From contig OZ024764.1 of NCBI GenBank assembly GCA_964016885.1, positions 620,001 to 684,000 of the forward strand: 64,000 nt of DNA, in the 5' to 3' direction. A program made the position numbers and the translations under genes. Positions 10,070 through 22,047 of the stretch are shown piece by piece. Source of the stretch: Eledone cirrhosa. Lineage: Eukaryota. Below the pieces are notes generated by a model. That model was not told where the DNA came from. It worked only from the letters and a program-made list of their open reading frames with translations, and made no database searches. The stretch's first letter is position 1. Each line of letters starts with the position of its first letter.

Positions 10070-12751
10070 ACTTGGAAGCATTAATACAAACATTATATCT
10101 CTGTAAACGACGAAATACGAGATCCAGATGCTTTGAATGCTGCTGAGGGGAAGAACTAGCAATCAACACGTCATCGATATACGTGTACACACAATCCAGG
10201 CCCCGAGTAATATCATCCATAAATCGTTGGAAGGTACTTGCAGCATTTCTAAGGCCGAAAGGCATAGTGAGGAAATCGAATGATCCGAAAGGAGTGGCAA
10301 TAGCAGTCTTTGGGATATCCTCCTTTTTAACCGGAATTTGATTATAAGCGCGGATCAAATCAAGCTTAGAAAAGATTCTGCAACCCTGCAATGACGATGC
10401 AAAATCCTGCAAATGCGGGATTGGATAACGGTCAGGCACAGTAATCGCGTTTAAGCGTCGGTAGTCACCCGTCGGTCTCCAATCACCAGAAGATCTAGAT
10501 ACCATATGTAGAGGCGATGCCCAAGGACTTGTGGAGCGCCGAATTATTCCCAATTCCAGCATGTGGTCGAATTCAAGGCGTGCAGCTTTCAACTTCATCT
10601 TCGAGGACGTGAGAAAACAGGTGGACCTGTAATGGATATGAAGTGTTCAATCGCATGATCCGGGCTAGTTATTTGTAACTTTCCCTGCGTCAACTGAGGG
10701 AATGAATGTAACAGGCTTTGATACTGGTTGCCCACTTCAACCAAGAAAAAGGAAGGGCTGATAGTGGCGACGTCCGGCTCTGAACCCTCGAAAGAAAGGC
10801 CTGTTTCAGCATCAAAAAGGCGTTGTCTGCGAATGTCCACCAACAAGGAAAAATGGGGGAGAAAATTCGCTCCCAAAATGGCGTATGGCAAGTCGGCGAT
10901 AGTAAACTTCCACTTCAAATTTTTTAACCGAAGAGGAAGCGAAATTTGCCCGTACGTTCGAATGGCCGTGTGGTTGACTGCTCGTAGATTTATATTTGAT
11001 TCAGCTGGGCTTTTTTTTTGAGATAACTGACTGGCCAAATACTCAGCGACGCCCCAGTATCGACAAGGAAACATTTTTTTGACCGCGGGTCGTATACGAA
11101 AAGATGGCGGTTCGGTCGGTTTTCCCAGAGTTCACTAGCCGCCCCTAGTGGCTCTGCTTTGCGTTTCCCGATCTCTTGTAATTACAGGGCGTGCGACAAC
11201 GTTGTGCCCTACTGCTGAAGTTAGCATGATACCAACACAACGAAGAATTATTGTTGTCTGCATCGTAGTGCTGGCGATGAATAGAGGACAGCGGCGAACG
11301 ATACCTCAAACGTTGAGAAGGCTCTCTGTGATGTACAGCCAAATCTTCTACCTTTTTGGTGAGAGCTTCAATCAACTCCAACAGTTTGCTGTCGGCCACA
11401 GAAGAATTGCGTGGGGGGACGCAAGCTGAAACCACATAAGGATTATGCTGATTGCTGTTCGAGTCCACCTCAAGTATTCTATCCGCGGACGCGGCAAGTT
11501 GCTCTAACGACTCCTTCTCCAAACTATTAACCAATATCCTTTGCGCACTTGGCGGTAGACGTGAGAAAAAAAGCTGCTTTATGAAGGGGGTGTCAATCTC
11601 CTGGGAGTCGCTCAAATCCCGCAAATGTCGAAAAATAGGAGCTCGGCTTCCTGTCACCTATTTGAGCATCGTCCAACAACTCCTGAAAATGGCTCTCTAC
11701 CGACTTGGTATTTCTGCGAAGAATTTCGTTTTTTAATGAGCCGTAGGTAACGTCGGGGTCCAAATCCGTCACAACGTCCTTCACCGAGAAAGCCAAGGAA
11801 ACAGGTAGGCCATTGATCAGGACCTTCAGCTTATGCTGTTCCTTTGTCTTGGTTAATTCAAAGAAACATTCCAGCTGCGCAAACCACAACTTGATGTCGC
11901 CTGCGAAGGACGGCAAATGATGTTGACTCATGGTGCCACGTATTTGATGAATTTTTGGTGTTGGTTACTAGTTAGCCAGGTGTTGCTGCTGATGGCTGGT
12001 ACGTGGTGGTATCCGTTTTGAAATACTGCTAAGTTTTTTTTCTTTAAAAAAAATATTCTAAAGAAAATTTGAATAATAAAAAAAATCATTTTCTATGAAA
12101 ATTAATGGTAAGAAAATCCAAGATGGCTGATTTAAAAATGTGTCCGTGATGAAGAAGCCGTCATGTGACACGATGCAGCCAATCAGATGGCTGGGATTGG
12201 AGAAGACAAGCTGAACGCGGGAAAACAAAATATCTGAGTCTCCATTTGTAATTTCCACAATGTTGAAAGCAAAATTCTATATCCAGAGAAATCCTTTTTT
12301 TTTTTTTTTGTGTTGTATTTTTGTGTTTGTCTGTATGTCTGCTTTAACAAATGGAATATTATGAATTTTATGGACTTACGCTAAGTGATTCGAACATTCC
12401 AAATGTTAAGCCATTCCACATTGCCGTTAAAACGAATGGCGAATTCAAATAGGCTGCGTTTTCATACTTAAACGTCGAGGGTCACCAATAAAGAAAATTA
12501 ATGTTTCTCTTTGTTGAATAAATAAATGAACAATCAAATCTAACGATCATTTTATTAAATGCGATAATTTATTAAATTTCCTACAACGTCAATATTTTGG
12601 GGAGCGAATCTTTCCACGTCTGTTCATGTCCGCGGTCCAAAGAGAGTGAGTGAACCTGCGTCTGTGACCGGATGTATTTTACCTCCGCTCTCTGAAGGGT
12701 TGTTAAGGGGAGGCAACTGCTAGTTGCCAAGCGACCATCTCAGCCACTACA
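10070..12751 (-). mobile_element. 5' half of a Gypsy LTR retrotransposon: LTR, PBS, gag, protease, RT (truncated, frameshifted)
   Basis: LTR starts TGTAGTGG at 12751; PBS TGGTGACCC-TCGACGT at 12472-12487 resembles the complement of the tRNA-Trp 3' end; gag LWFAQLE, CWYHANF..C..PC; [17 protein letters not shown]. Confidence 0.93.
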
Positions 12752-12903
12752 TATATATTGCCTGTACAGGTAATCAAAGTGTGTATACATTTTTCGAGGA
12801 CACTATATATATATATATATACCGGGGTCCCTAAAAATGTATACATCATTCTAATATATTGCCTGTACAGGTAATCAAAGTGTGTATACATTTTTCGGGG
12901 ACA

Positions 12904-12956
<53 letters not shown>

Positions 12957-13147
12957 GGGGTCCCTAAAAATGTATACACCATTCTAATATATATATTGCC
13001 TGTACAGGTAATCAAAGTGTGTATACTTTTTTCGGGGACACCATATATATATATACGGGCGTCCCTAAAAATGTATACACCATCCTAACAAATAATGCAT
13101 GTATAGGCAATCAAAGTGGGTATACATTTTTTGGGGGACAACCTGTA
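12752..13147. repeat. Tandem array of about four ~85-bp Tc1/mariner-type MITE units separated by (TA)n
   Basis: Units CCGGGGTCCCTAAAAATGTATACA ... TGTATACATTTTTCGGGGACACC form imperfect inverted ends flanked by TA. Confidence 0.75.
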
Positions 13148-13249
13148 TATACACAAATATGAACATATATATAGAGAGAAAGTGTGTGCAAGCAAGCAAA
13201 CATCGAGATCAGAGTTTTAGCAGTGGATAGATAATATACTTTCATCTAT

Positions 13250-13465
13250 TTATTTAAGCACCATAACCTAAAAATTGAATTTCTAAACAACGTCAAACTA
13301 GCTAACTTCCTGGATATATCCCTTAATCTTGACACCGGCCTATATTACCCTTACCATTAAGACAATGAGAATCTAAATTATGTTAATTTTAAATCTAACC
13401 ACCCTATTAACGTTAAAATTGCTATAGTCAGTAATATTGAAAAAAGAATCTCAAATCTATCTTCT
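13250..13465 (+). mobile_element. Naiad-type PLE RT/thumb fragment; the only plus-strand TE coding piece found
   Basis: Plus frame NLKIEFLNNVKLANFLDISLNLDTGLYYPYH*DNENLNYVNFKSNHP..EKRISNLSS. Confidence 0.85.
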
Positions 13466-14408
13466 TTTTTAAAATCTTTTTTTCTCAAACACTTTTATAT
13501 TTTTTACAAATGTACCTATCTTTCTACCTTATTTCAGTATATTATATAATATTACTCATACTATGTCGTTAGCGGTCCCCTAATTTATTCTTTTTTAATT
13601 TCTAATCTTTAATCTGCAACTTTTACTTCTCAATTACTTCTTAATTCCTCTTATAACTCACTATAGCATTTTCCTTATATTCTTGGCCATACAAACTTTT
13701 ATTTTTAATATATACTAATATTACCATTAGAGAAATTTTGTAAACATATTTTTTTGACATCATATATTTTTTCTTCCTTGAATTTTTTTCTTTCTTATCT
13801 CCTTCCATGATCGTATTAACTCTATTATTTACTTTTTCCTATTACAATATATAGAAACAAACTTGGACTCTAATTAATTCCTCTAAGTTCATAATTCATT
13901 TAACCTTTTCTTCATTCACCTTATCTTCTTAATATATTTTATTTTAATAATACATTTTAATAAATTCCTTTTCGCACATCTTATTAAACCCCTCAATATA
14001 TAAACCTTAAATAAATAGTATTCTTAATTCCTTTTTCTTTAAATCATAAGCATCACCATTCATAAACCTCATCTTTTAATTTCTAAATTTTTTAAAATTA
14101 TGTATTATCTTACAACAGCTTTTTTTTTTTTTCTCTGTGAGACAGTGTTTCTCAGTATTAAAGGTTATTTCTCTCTCTCACTCATTTTCTCCTCCTCCCT
14201 CATCCTTCCTTCTTATACTCCTCAATCATCATTTCCTTATATTTTTTTTTCTTCTATCTATATTTTTTCTTCTTCTTCTTTACCTTTTCTTTCCACCTTC
14301 CTTTCCTTTTGAAAAATGAAAGTTACACCAAAAAATTCAACAAGAATTATTGCAAATTATACATAAATTAAGCAATATTTCAACATATTGGTATGCAATT
14401 TTTATTTC

Positions 14409-15880
14409 TTAAAAATAGTCCAAAATGCTTTTTTGCACTCGATTGCTCGCAATGTTTTTTCAATCAAATCCTTGATCTCGGACAGAATATAATTTTCAAA
14501 ATTTTCAAACGATTGCATCATATGACCGTACAGTAAAGTATTCCTTCCAGAGATCTAAAATATTGATAAATGATTAAAGTTATGTTAGGTACCTATGGAC
14601 ATTCATATTATAAATATAAAAATAATACATACTAACCTTTCTAGTTAATTCGGTTTCAATATAATCTACTTCTTCCTCCCCTTCTATTATCATGAGCTCG
14701 TTTTGAACTTTCAAACATATTTCAGCATCAGTTAAATCACCATAGCACGGCTCGCTGACATCACAATCGATGACTTCGGGTTCCAATTGAGGAATATTGA
14801 CATCATCACTTTCGATTAATACATCGTTCAACTCGACTTCAATTTCATTGTGAAAACCCACTTTTTTTAAGCAATTGACAATTGTCGTGGGTTTGAGAAG
14901 AAAAAGAGAGCGCTTCAACATTTGCATAGACAAAAGAACATGAACAGATTTTTCAAATTCAGATACGCTCTTCCCATTTTCTATTGCCACCAATAACTTT
15001 CGCACAATTTGTGTATGATAATGCACCTTCACAGCACGTATTATTCCCTTATCAAGGGGCTGAATTAATGAGGTCGTATATGGAGGTAAAAATACGATTT
15101 TTACGTTTTCAAAATGATTTTCAATTTTATGACAGCTTGCATTGTCTGCAAAAATAATGACTTTTCGTTTTTTGGCCACGCAATTTTTGTCAAAGTGCGC
15201 AATAATTTCCAGCCAAATGTTTTTCGTCATCCAAGCTTTTGAATTACTGTAATAGAGGTACTTTTTTATTCAACATACGAGGTCGTTGAAATTTTCTGAT
15301 GACAAACGCGTGTTTTTCAGTTCCATCGGAATTGACTGCTAAGAGAATGGTGAGTCTGTCTTTTGCAGTTTTTTCTACCCGTTGGATTTGTTCCGGAGAC
15401 AGTTAGTGTACCAGATGGAAGTGCTTTAAAAAAAGACCAGATTCATCGAAATTATACACATCCTTTGGTGAATAGCCGCCAATTTCCTTGCTATAAATTG
15501 TTTCTATCCAATGTTTGGCACTTAAGTGATCAGCGACAGCTCTTTCACCATGCACTTTCCATTAATTTTATATTTTCGCACTTTTTAAGTCTCTAATCAA
15601 CCATGAGATGGTTCAAAATCGGGAATTCCCAAAGTTTGTGCAAATGTTTTGCCTTTTGCCGTTGATCGGAACATTTTGACTTCTCATTTGGTGAAACTCA
15701 TTTTATGAGTGCATCTTCCAATCCTTGATGATCAACTGATCTTCTACGTTTTGCATCCAAATTCACATTTGATAGAGCCAATTTTCGATATTTTTTCTCG
15801 TTTTTCTTTTAATTCTGGAGATGGCTGCTTGACCGCAATTGAATTTATTTGACAATTCATTTGTGACACAAAGTGCTATT
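14409..15880 (-). mobile_element. pogo/Tigger transposase pseudogene with intact intron 14555-14636
   Basis: FEPSHG (CENP-B-type HTH region), KAWMTK, ADNASCH, FLPPYTTSLIQPLDKGII; splicing GTTAGT..TTTTAG restores an in-frame C-terminus ending QKSILDYF* (PIP-box-like). Confidence 0.9.
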
Positions 15881-15919
15881 AACTTCAAAGAGATTTTTAG
15901 TTTTATCAGAAAGAACAAA

Positions 15920-17090
15920 AGATGTTTGTAGAATTTCTAAAATTAGAAATATCGTTAAACAGCTTAGTTTGAAAGTTATTATTGTACTTACGAAATTTGA
16001 TATCACTAATTAAATTAACAAGGTCTAATTCGAAGTTGGTCATGTCTTTAATTCTAGGTGGTTATTTACGGGATTTTATGTCAAAACAATCATTAGTATC
16101 AGCACTGAATAGTCCATCGTAAACCATTGCCTTCCATCTCATTCTTTTAACGACTTGTTCGGTTTTATCTATAAGCATTTTGGTATAAGTTGTGTTGGAA
16201 GGAGTAGGTATATTTTTGATTGAATAATCCAATTCATTATGTAACGGACAGGTTTCAGGTAGACGGCAATTATAATTCCTGTCAGGTGCAACTTTGGCAT
16301 TATAGTGGGTGGTTGTGTATTAGATATTCTGTTGTGTTCGATGGTAATTGTATTGTTATTGTTATAAATTTGTGTTCCGGTATTGTTACGCAGCTTTTTA
16401 GCGTTAAGCATCTTAATGTGCGCCTCTATGTTTGGTGCAGTGGAGTAAGATAGTCTAATAGATTTAGTATTAAGGATTTTGCTGTATCTATGTGAATCTG
16501 GAAAGTGCTTATTTATTATTCTAAAGAAGGTAGAGGGTAGGTTGGTGCCAATAGAGGTGTTAAATATAGGGTTATACCAAATATATTTTCTACTGCGTGA
16601 CCTGTTTGATTTTGACGTATTTCTATTTTCAGTATAATTGGTAGTTCTATGCGTGTGCGTGTGTTTCTGGAGTTTGTGTTATGCCTATTCGTGTGTGCTT
16701 TGCGGAGGCTTTCCTCTATATATTCTACTCTATCTAGGTGGCCTGCCTTATCTAGTGCGGTATTGTAGTACTCCGCGTGTTCCTCGAAGATTTGTCGGTT
16801 AGACGAGAGGCGGGAGATCCTAAGGGATATGCTGCGTGGAATGGACTTAATTATGGAGAGTGGGTGGTTCGAATTACAGTTGATGTATACTAAGTTTTCA
16901 TTAATCTTGTGAAAAGGTCTTATAATCCCATGTTTAGGTTAAGCGTCACGTCTAGAAAGTTAACTATTTTAGTGCTATACTCATAGGTTATGCCAAGGCC
17001 TAGTTTCCCGAGAGTCTTTCTAATATTCTTGTGCAGTCTTTCTATGCTCTGGTTATTTAGGTTCTTAACTAGAAGAAGAGCGTCGTCTCT
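15920..17090 (-). mobile_element. Two degenerate Naiad-type PLE fragments (N-terminus about 15920-16215; RT/thumb about 16230-17090)
   Basis: KRMRWKAM; RDDALLLV, VNFLDVTLNL, SNHP, IFWYNP. Confidence 0.8.
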
Positions 17091-17830
17091 AGATTCCACC
17101 GTGAAGGTCGCTAAATGATTTGCCTTATCCGCGAAGCTGGCATGATACCAGCACAATAATGGGTTGCTGGCGGGCGAAGTAGTACGTCGATGTGGAGTCG
17201 CGAAAGAACGCGAACGACTCATAGGCCGACGGCAATATGGCCTATTCTCCCTGCATAATTGAGCGACTTACTGCATCAAAGCGTCAATAGCCTTCAATAT
17301 GGCATCCTGTCGAGACGGGCTGGTTCAAATAGAGGAAGCAATACGCGGGTCCGAGGCGGTAGCCTTTTTAGAAAACGCCACGATTCGATCCGCAGAGGCA
17401 GCAATTTGCTCCAAAGAGCTAGTGTCCACTATATTTGCCAAAATATTTTGGACGTTGTTTGGCAGGCGAGAGAAAAATAATTGTTTTATAAAGGAATTAT
17501 CCTGTTCGGGCGATTCACTGAGGTCCCTAATGTGGCGCAAAAATTCGGACGACGACCTGTCGCCTAAACACCCGTCCTCCAACAATGAACGAAATCTGCT
17601 TTCAGCCAAACGACTGTTCCTTCGAAGAATTTCTTCCCGCAACGAATCATAGGAAATACCAGCCGAGGGGTTCGTAATAAAACTCGACAAGTCAAATCAC
17701 TTCATGGCAGTTTTCGTTTTATTTGTCTGTGCGAATCAACAGTTTGATAAGTCATTCGATGTCACCATTAAAGTGAATGGCGAAATTAAATAGGCTGCGT
17801 TTTCTTGATTTATCGTCGGAGTTGACCACT
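17091..17830 (-). mobile_element. Gypsy gag fragment and leader/PBS remnant
   Basis: EEILRRN, LGDRSSSEFLRHIRDL, IKQLFFSRLP, CWYHASF; leader 17775-17830 resembles 12435-12487. Confidence 0.85.
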
Positions 17831-18007
17831 TTAGGAGAGATGGTCAGATATCCCTTCTAATTGAATGTATAGTGTGGGCACATTATCAAGCAAAAAAGAA
17901 CATGCCTTGGGATTCATAAGCCTAAGAGGGTTTAATCAGCGACTGACGTCGGAACTACAGACTGTTAATCGACTGCCTCCTAAGTCGACGCTAGGTGGTG
18001 TAATCTT

Positions 18008-18823
18008 CTACAGGTCTTTTAGCTTCGAGACCTTTCTTCTCCACACCTTCCTGTATGTCTCATTCCATCTCTGGCTTACTGAGATATCACTAACGACTAA
18101 CCTATGCTGTGGGGTACATTCTTCCCCAGGGTATGCCTTGGTATTTGACATCATCTGCCTGTCCCGCTGCCTAACTAGTAAGAAGTCAATCTGGCTTATG
18201 TGCTCGCCTGATTTGTAGGCTATTAGGTGGTTGGCAGGTTTCTGGAAGTTTGTGTTGCAAATAGTCAATGTACCCGCATCACAAAATTCAAGAAGTCTCA
18301 CTCCTTCATTTCTTGAGCCGTAACCGTGCCCACCATGTACCCCAGTGTAACCATTCTGGAGCTGTCCAACATGACCATTGAAGTCTCCTGCTAGCATAAC
18401 GATGTCCCCGTCCTCTGTCATTGCGGCTGTTTGTAAAAGTCGCTCGTAAAAGCAGTCTTTCTCATCTTTGCCTAGGCCTGCTTGGGGAACATAGGCAGAG
18501 ATGATTGTCAGTAGTCTCCTGCCTACAACTAATCTAAGCTTAATTATTCGATTATTAACTCGAACTACCTCTATTGTCTTATTGATCCATCTCTCAGCCA
18601 GGAAAATGCCTACTCCCCCTAACCCATCATCCTTGCCTACCCAGAAAAGCTTATAACTAAGATGTTTGCCTGCGAATAGTCTTGCAGAGGCACCTCTCCA
18701 TCTCACCTCTTGCACACAGCACACATCCACATACCTTCTCTCCAGCATCTCCGCTATTACACCAGATCTACCTGTGAGAGTGCCAACATTAAGTGTTGCA
18801 ACTCTGAGATGCGACGTCTTCAT
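18008..18823 (-). mobile_element. RTE-type LINE AP endonuclease fragment
   Basis: VATLNVGTL, CVQEVRW, GGVGI, ISAYVPQ, GDFNGHVG, SQIDFLL, QHRLVV. Confidence 0.9.
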
Positions 18824-19029
18824 ATTTTTGTTCCTATATACTTGTTACTGTGCTTATAAGCGTTTTGGCATTGATACACTGGTTGGATGCCCTTCCTAAC
18901 ACCAGCGCCACTTTACAGCATGGACTGGATGCTTTTATTTGTGCCACCAGCACTAGAGAGGATGTCTTACTGGACTCATGGGCCCTCTCTACCCCTCCAT
19001 TTTACAGCATGGTAAAAAAAAAAAAATTG

Positions 19030-20134
19030 TATTAACATCCATCGTATACACACTTGAGGTTTTGTCCGCTTTGACAATAATTCCATTGATAGTTCGCAGC
19101 TTTTTTAGGAATGTATTTAAGTCATTCTGGAGTTTATTATTCCTCTGCTTTTTGAGTGGGTGTGTGTGTGTAAACAAGACAATAACCACAACGAAAGTTA
19201 TATTCAACAAATGTAAATAATGGTAAATAGACGGGGGACCTTATTAGGTCTTGGACCGAATCTGCTAGATTAGGGGGAAGTCCACTAATCACGACAGCGA
19301 GGCGCTGGTCAGACTCGGTCTTACAGACCATAAAATACGCCTGTAACTGGACAAACCACAGCTTAGGTTTTCCGGTAAAGGCGGGCAAATGTGGCGCATT
19401 CATGGTAAAACGTTTAAAATTTAAAAAAAAATATATATATATATCTAAACAGCAATTAATGTACCCTCGTACAGGGAAAAGCAAAACAGCCAAAATGGAG
19501 AAAAAATGAAAGATCAAAAAGAAACATTCAAAATATTAGGAAATAGGAAAAATACATAAAATACATATATATATTTAAAAAAAAAAAAAATTTTCCGTCA
19601 ACGTCTGTCCCCTCGTGTTGCTTCAACAAACCAGCCAAATCAAATAACCCGTGAAAAAGGGAAGAAAAAAAAAATGTTTGTTTTAGAATATATCCACGTT
19701 GGATATCAACAATAGGTAGCCTGTGGCTAAAAATCCCTTAGAAAAAATTAACTTTTTTGTGAACACTACTGCCCCTGCGGGGCAGTAATGTTCACAAAAA
19801 AGTTTTTTTCCTTTGATCAAATATGGAAAATTACAAAACGGGGAAGGAAAGCAACGCCATCTTGGAAACATTTTTTGGCTGGTTTGTATACCTTGTCAAT
19901 ACGGTATAAACACTTTATTATTTCTCTGTCCTTTCCTTTTTTTTTTTTTTTTTTGTATTTTCGTGGGTTCTTACATGATTCAAAGCTGTATGTTTCCTTG
20001 TTGTATTCCACGGTGCGACCAGTAGGTCCTTTGTCGAAATGGAAAGTTTTCCATCTAACCCGACGTATAAAGTTGTTTGTTTGCTGTATCATCCCGAGGG
20101 TATAATCCTTTCTCGAAGGTATAGGAATGTCCAT
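19030..20134 (-). mobile_element. Mosaic: PLE piece (about 19030-19140), Gypsy gag 5' end and leader (about 19225-19900), PLE N-terminus (about 19960-20134)
   Basis: IIVKADKTSSVY; MNAPHLPAFTGKPKLWFVQL (19243-19572 similar to 47503-47825); IRRVRWKTFHFD. Confidence 0.82.
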
Positions 20135-20159
20135 TTTTTAGTTATCTTAGCCGTGTGTG

Positions 20160-21458
20160 CAGGAGCATTGTCCTGTTAAAATATCATGTTTTGTAATATT
20201 CCCAGCTGCTGAATACTTGACAGAAGCCCTTTTTCTAGTATTTTAATGTACTCTTTTGCATTAATTGACTTATCACACCGTATCAGTTTGCCAACGCCTG
20301 CAGCAGTAAAGGCTCCCCACACCATTACCCTCCGTCCCCATACTTCACGATTCTTTTGATACAACTTGGCAGAAATCTTTCACCTCATCCTCTAGTGCAG
20401 CGTTCGGGGGCATCACTAGAAAGACAAAATCGCGATTCATCACACCAGATAACGTTACTAAACCACTCTGCATCTTTCTTGTCATAATAGGAAGCAAATG
20501 TCTTTCTATCATTGATGTTCTTCTTGGTTAGCAAGGGTTTGTTTGCACATCTTTTTGAAGTGAATCCCATTTCTTTCATTCTTCTAGATATTTTAGTGAG
20601 TTGGTCCCATGGTTAGTTACTCCAGTCAGTACCACCGGATCCCAACTACTAAATTTAATAAAAATAAGAGAAGAATGTTCATACATTTTCATTTCGCATG
20701 AGAATTATCTCTCACTACATTAGAAGTAATGACTGAAGCATAATAAGTTTCTCAAAACGAGTATCAAAAACTTGCGTTTATTGTTGTTCCGTGAATTACA
20801 TGTGTGGTAAAGAAATGTGCCTCGTGGTATAATCCTGAACCATCAGACATGGTTGAAAAGGGTTTAGCATGCTTGTGCTCGATGTGACCAGTTTGAGAAG
20901 GGCCGCCAAAAAGAGGAAGATGAATTTCAGTTCCATCTTTTATAATCCCTTGAACGGAAGTTCAGGGAAGGTTCTAGAATTTCAATGGTATGTAACTCTA
21001 GCTACTTCTCTTGTCTAGAGAGCGCTACAATATTGTAATTCTAGAAAGGTTTTCTTCCGATCTTTCAAAAGTCATTTTCAGCCTGTGGTCATCCTTGACT
21101 GTGGAAGCTCTAGGGCGACCAGACCCCGATTTCCTTGATACAGAACTTTTTGTATCTTAGACCAATTCGCTTCACAGTTGACAGAGATGTTTCAAGATTT
21201 TCTTTCTTTAGAAGATAAAAAATGTCCTTGTAAGTCAAGTTTGCCTGCCTTAATCCTGCAATTCAGCTTTTTGTTTTCTCAAGGTGTTTTCCTTTTTTCC
21301 GAGGAGTCATTTTAAATTAGAAATTATTATATGATGTAATGTTATTAATCTGAAAAATAAAAACTATCCATTAATATTCACTTATTACATCCAAAAACAC
21401 ATTGTATCTATTTTTCTTATAATATTACCTTGGCTCATTTTTTTTTTAACACGAGTGT
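20160..21458 (-). mobile_element. Tc1-family transposon remnants (catalytic region about 20160-20590; N-terminus about 21000-21311; probable TIR about 21430-21458)
   Basis: VIWCDESRF, VMVWGAFTAAGVGKL, GSGRPRAST; terminal CACTCGTGTTAAAA next to TA repeats. Confidence 0.8.
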
Positions 21459-22047
21459 GTGTGTATGTATATATATATATATATATGAAGAAGAAGTTTA
21501 TGAAATGGAAATGCGGGTATAAAGAATATATTAGGTAACAATTGTTTCTATAGTGTGTGGGTTACCTATACCTCGCTATTTGTATAATATAAAAATATCA
21601 TAAATCGTAGGTACACTGTAAGAGAACACACCATGTCGTCAAACCTTTATGGTAGAATGATAGGAGAATATTTTATACACTAGATATGTGAGAAAGTAGG
21701 AGGTAGGAAGGGAAGAGGAAGAGGGAAGCGAATAAGGGGGAGGTAGTCTTAGGATTCAAGACTGTCAGAGTTGTAGAGATTGTATAGAACATGTTTTGGC
21801 AGCAGTTAGCTAAATGAGGCGTGTTAGGGTTGGCGGGGGAAGTAAATTCTTCTAGTGGTGTTGTTTGGACAAAATTTAGTACAGAATTATAGACAAGTTA
21901 TTGGGGCTATTATAGTAGCCGGATATTTCTAAAGGGGTCTAGAAAACAGTGTTTAGTGCTATTATTATAAAAAGCCATATCGTGTGTATAAACATATAAA
22001 AATATGAAATAAAAATAAAAATTTGCAAATGGTGGTGTAAAAAGATA

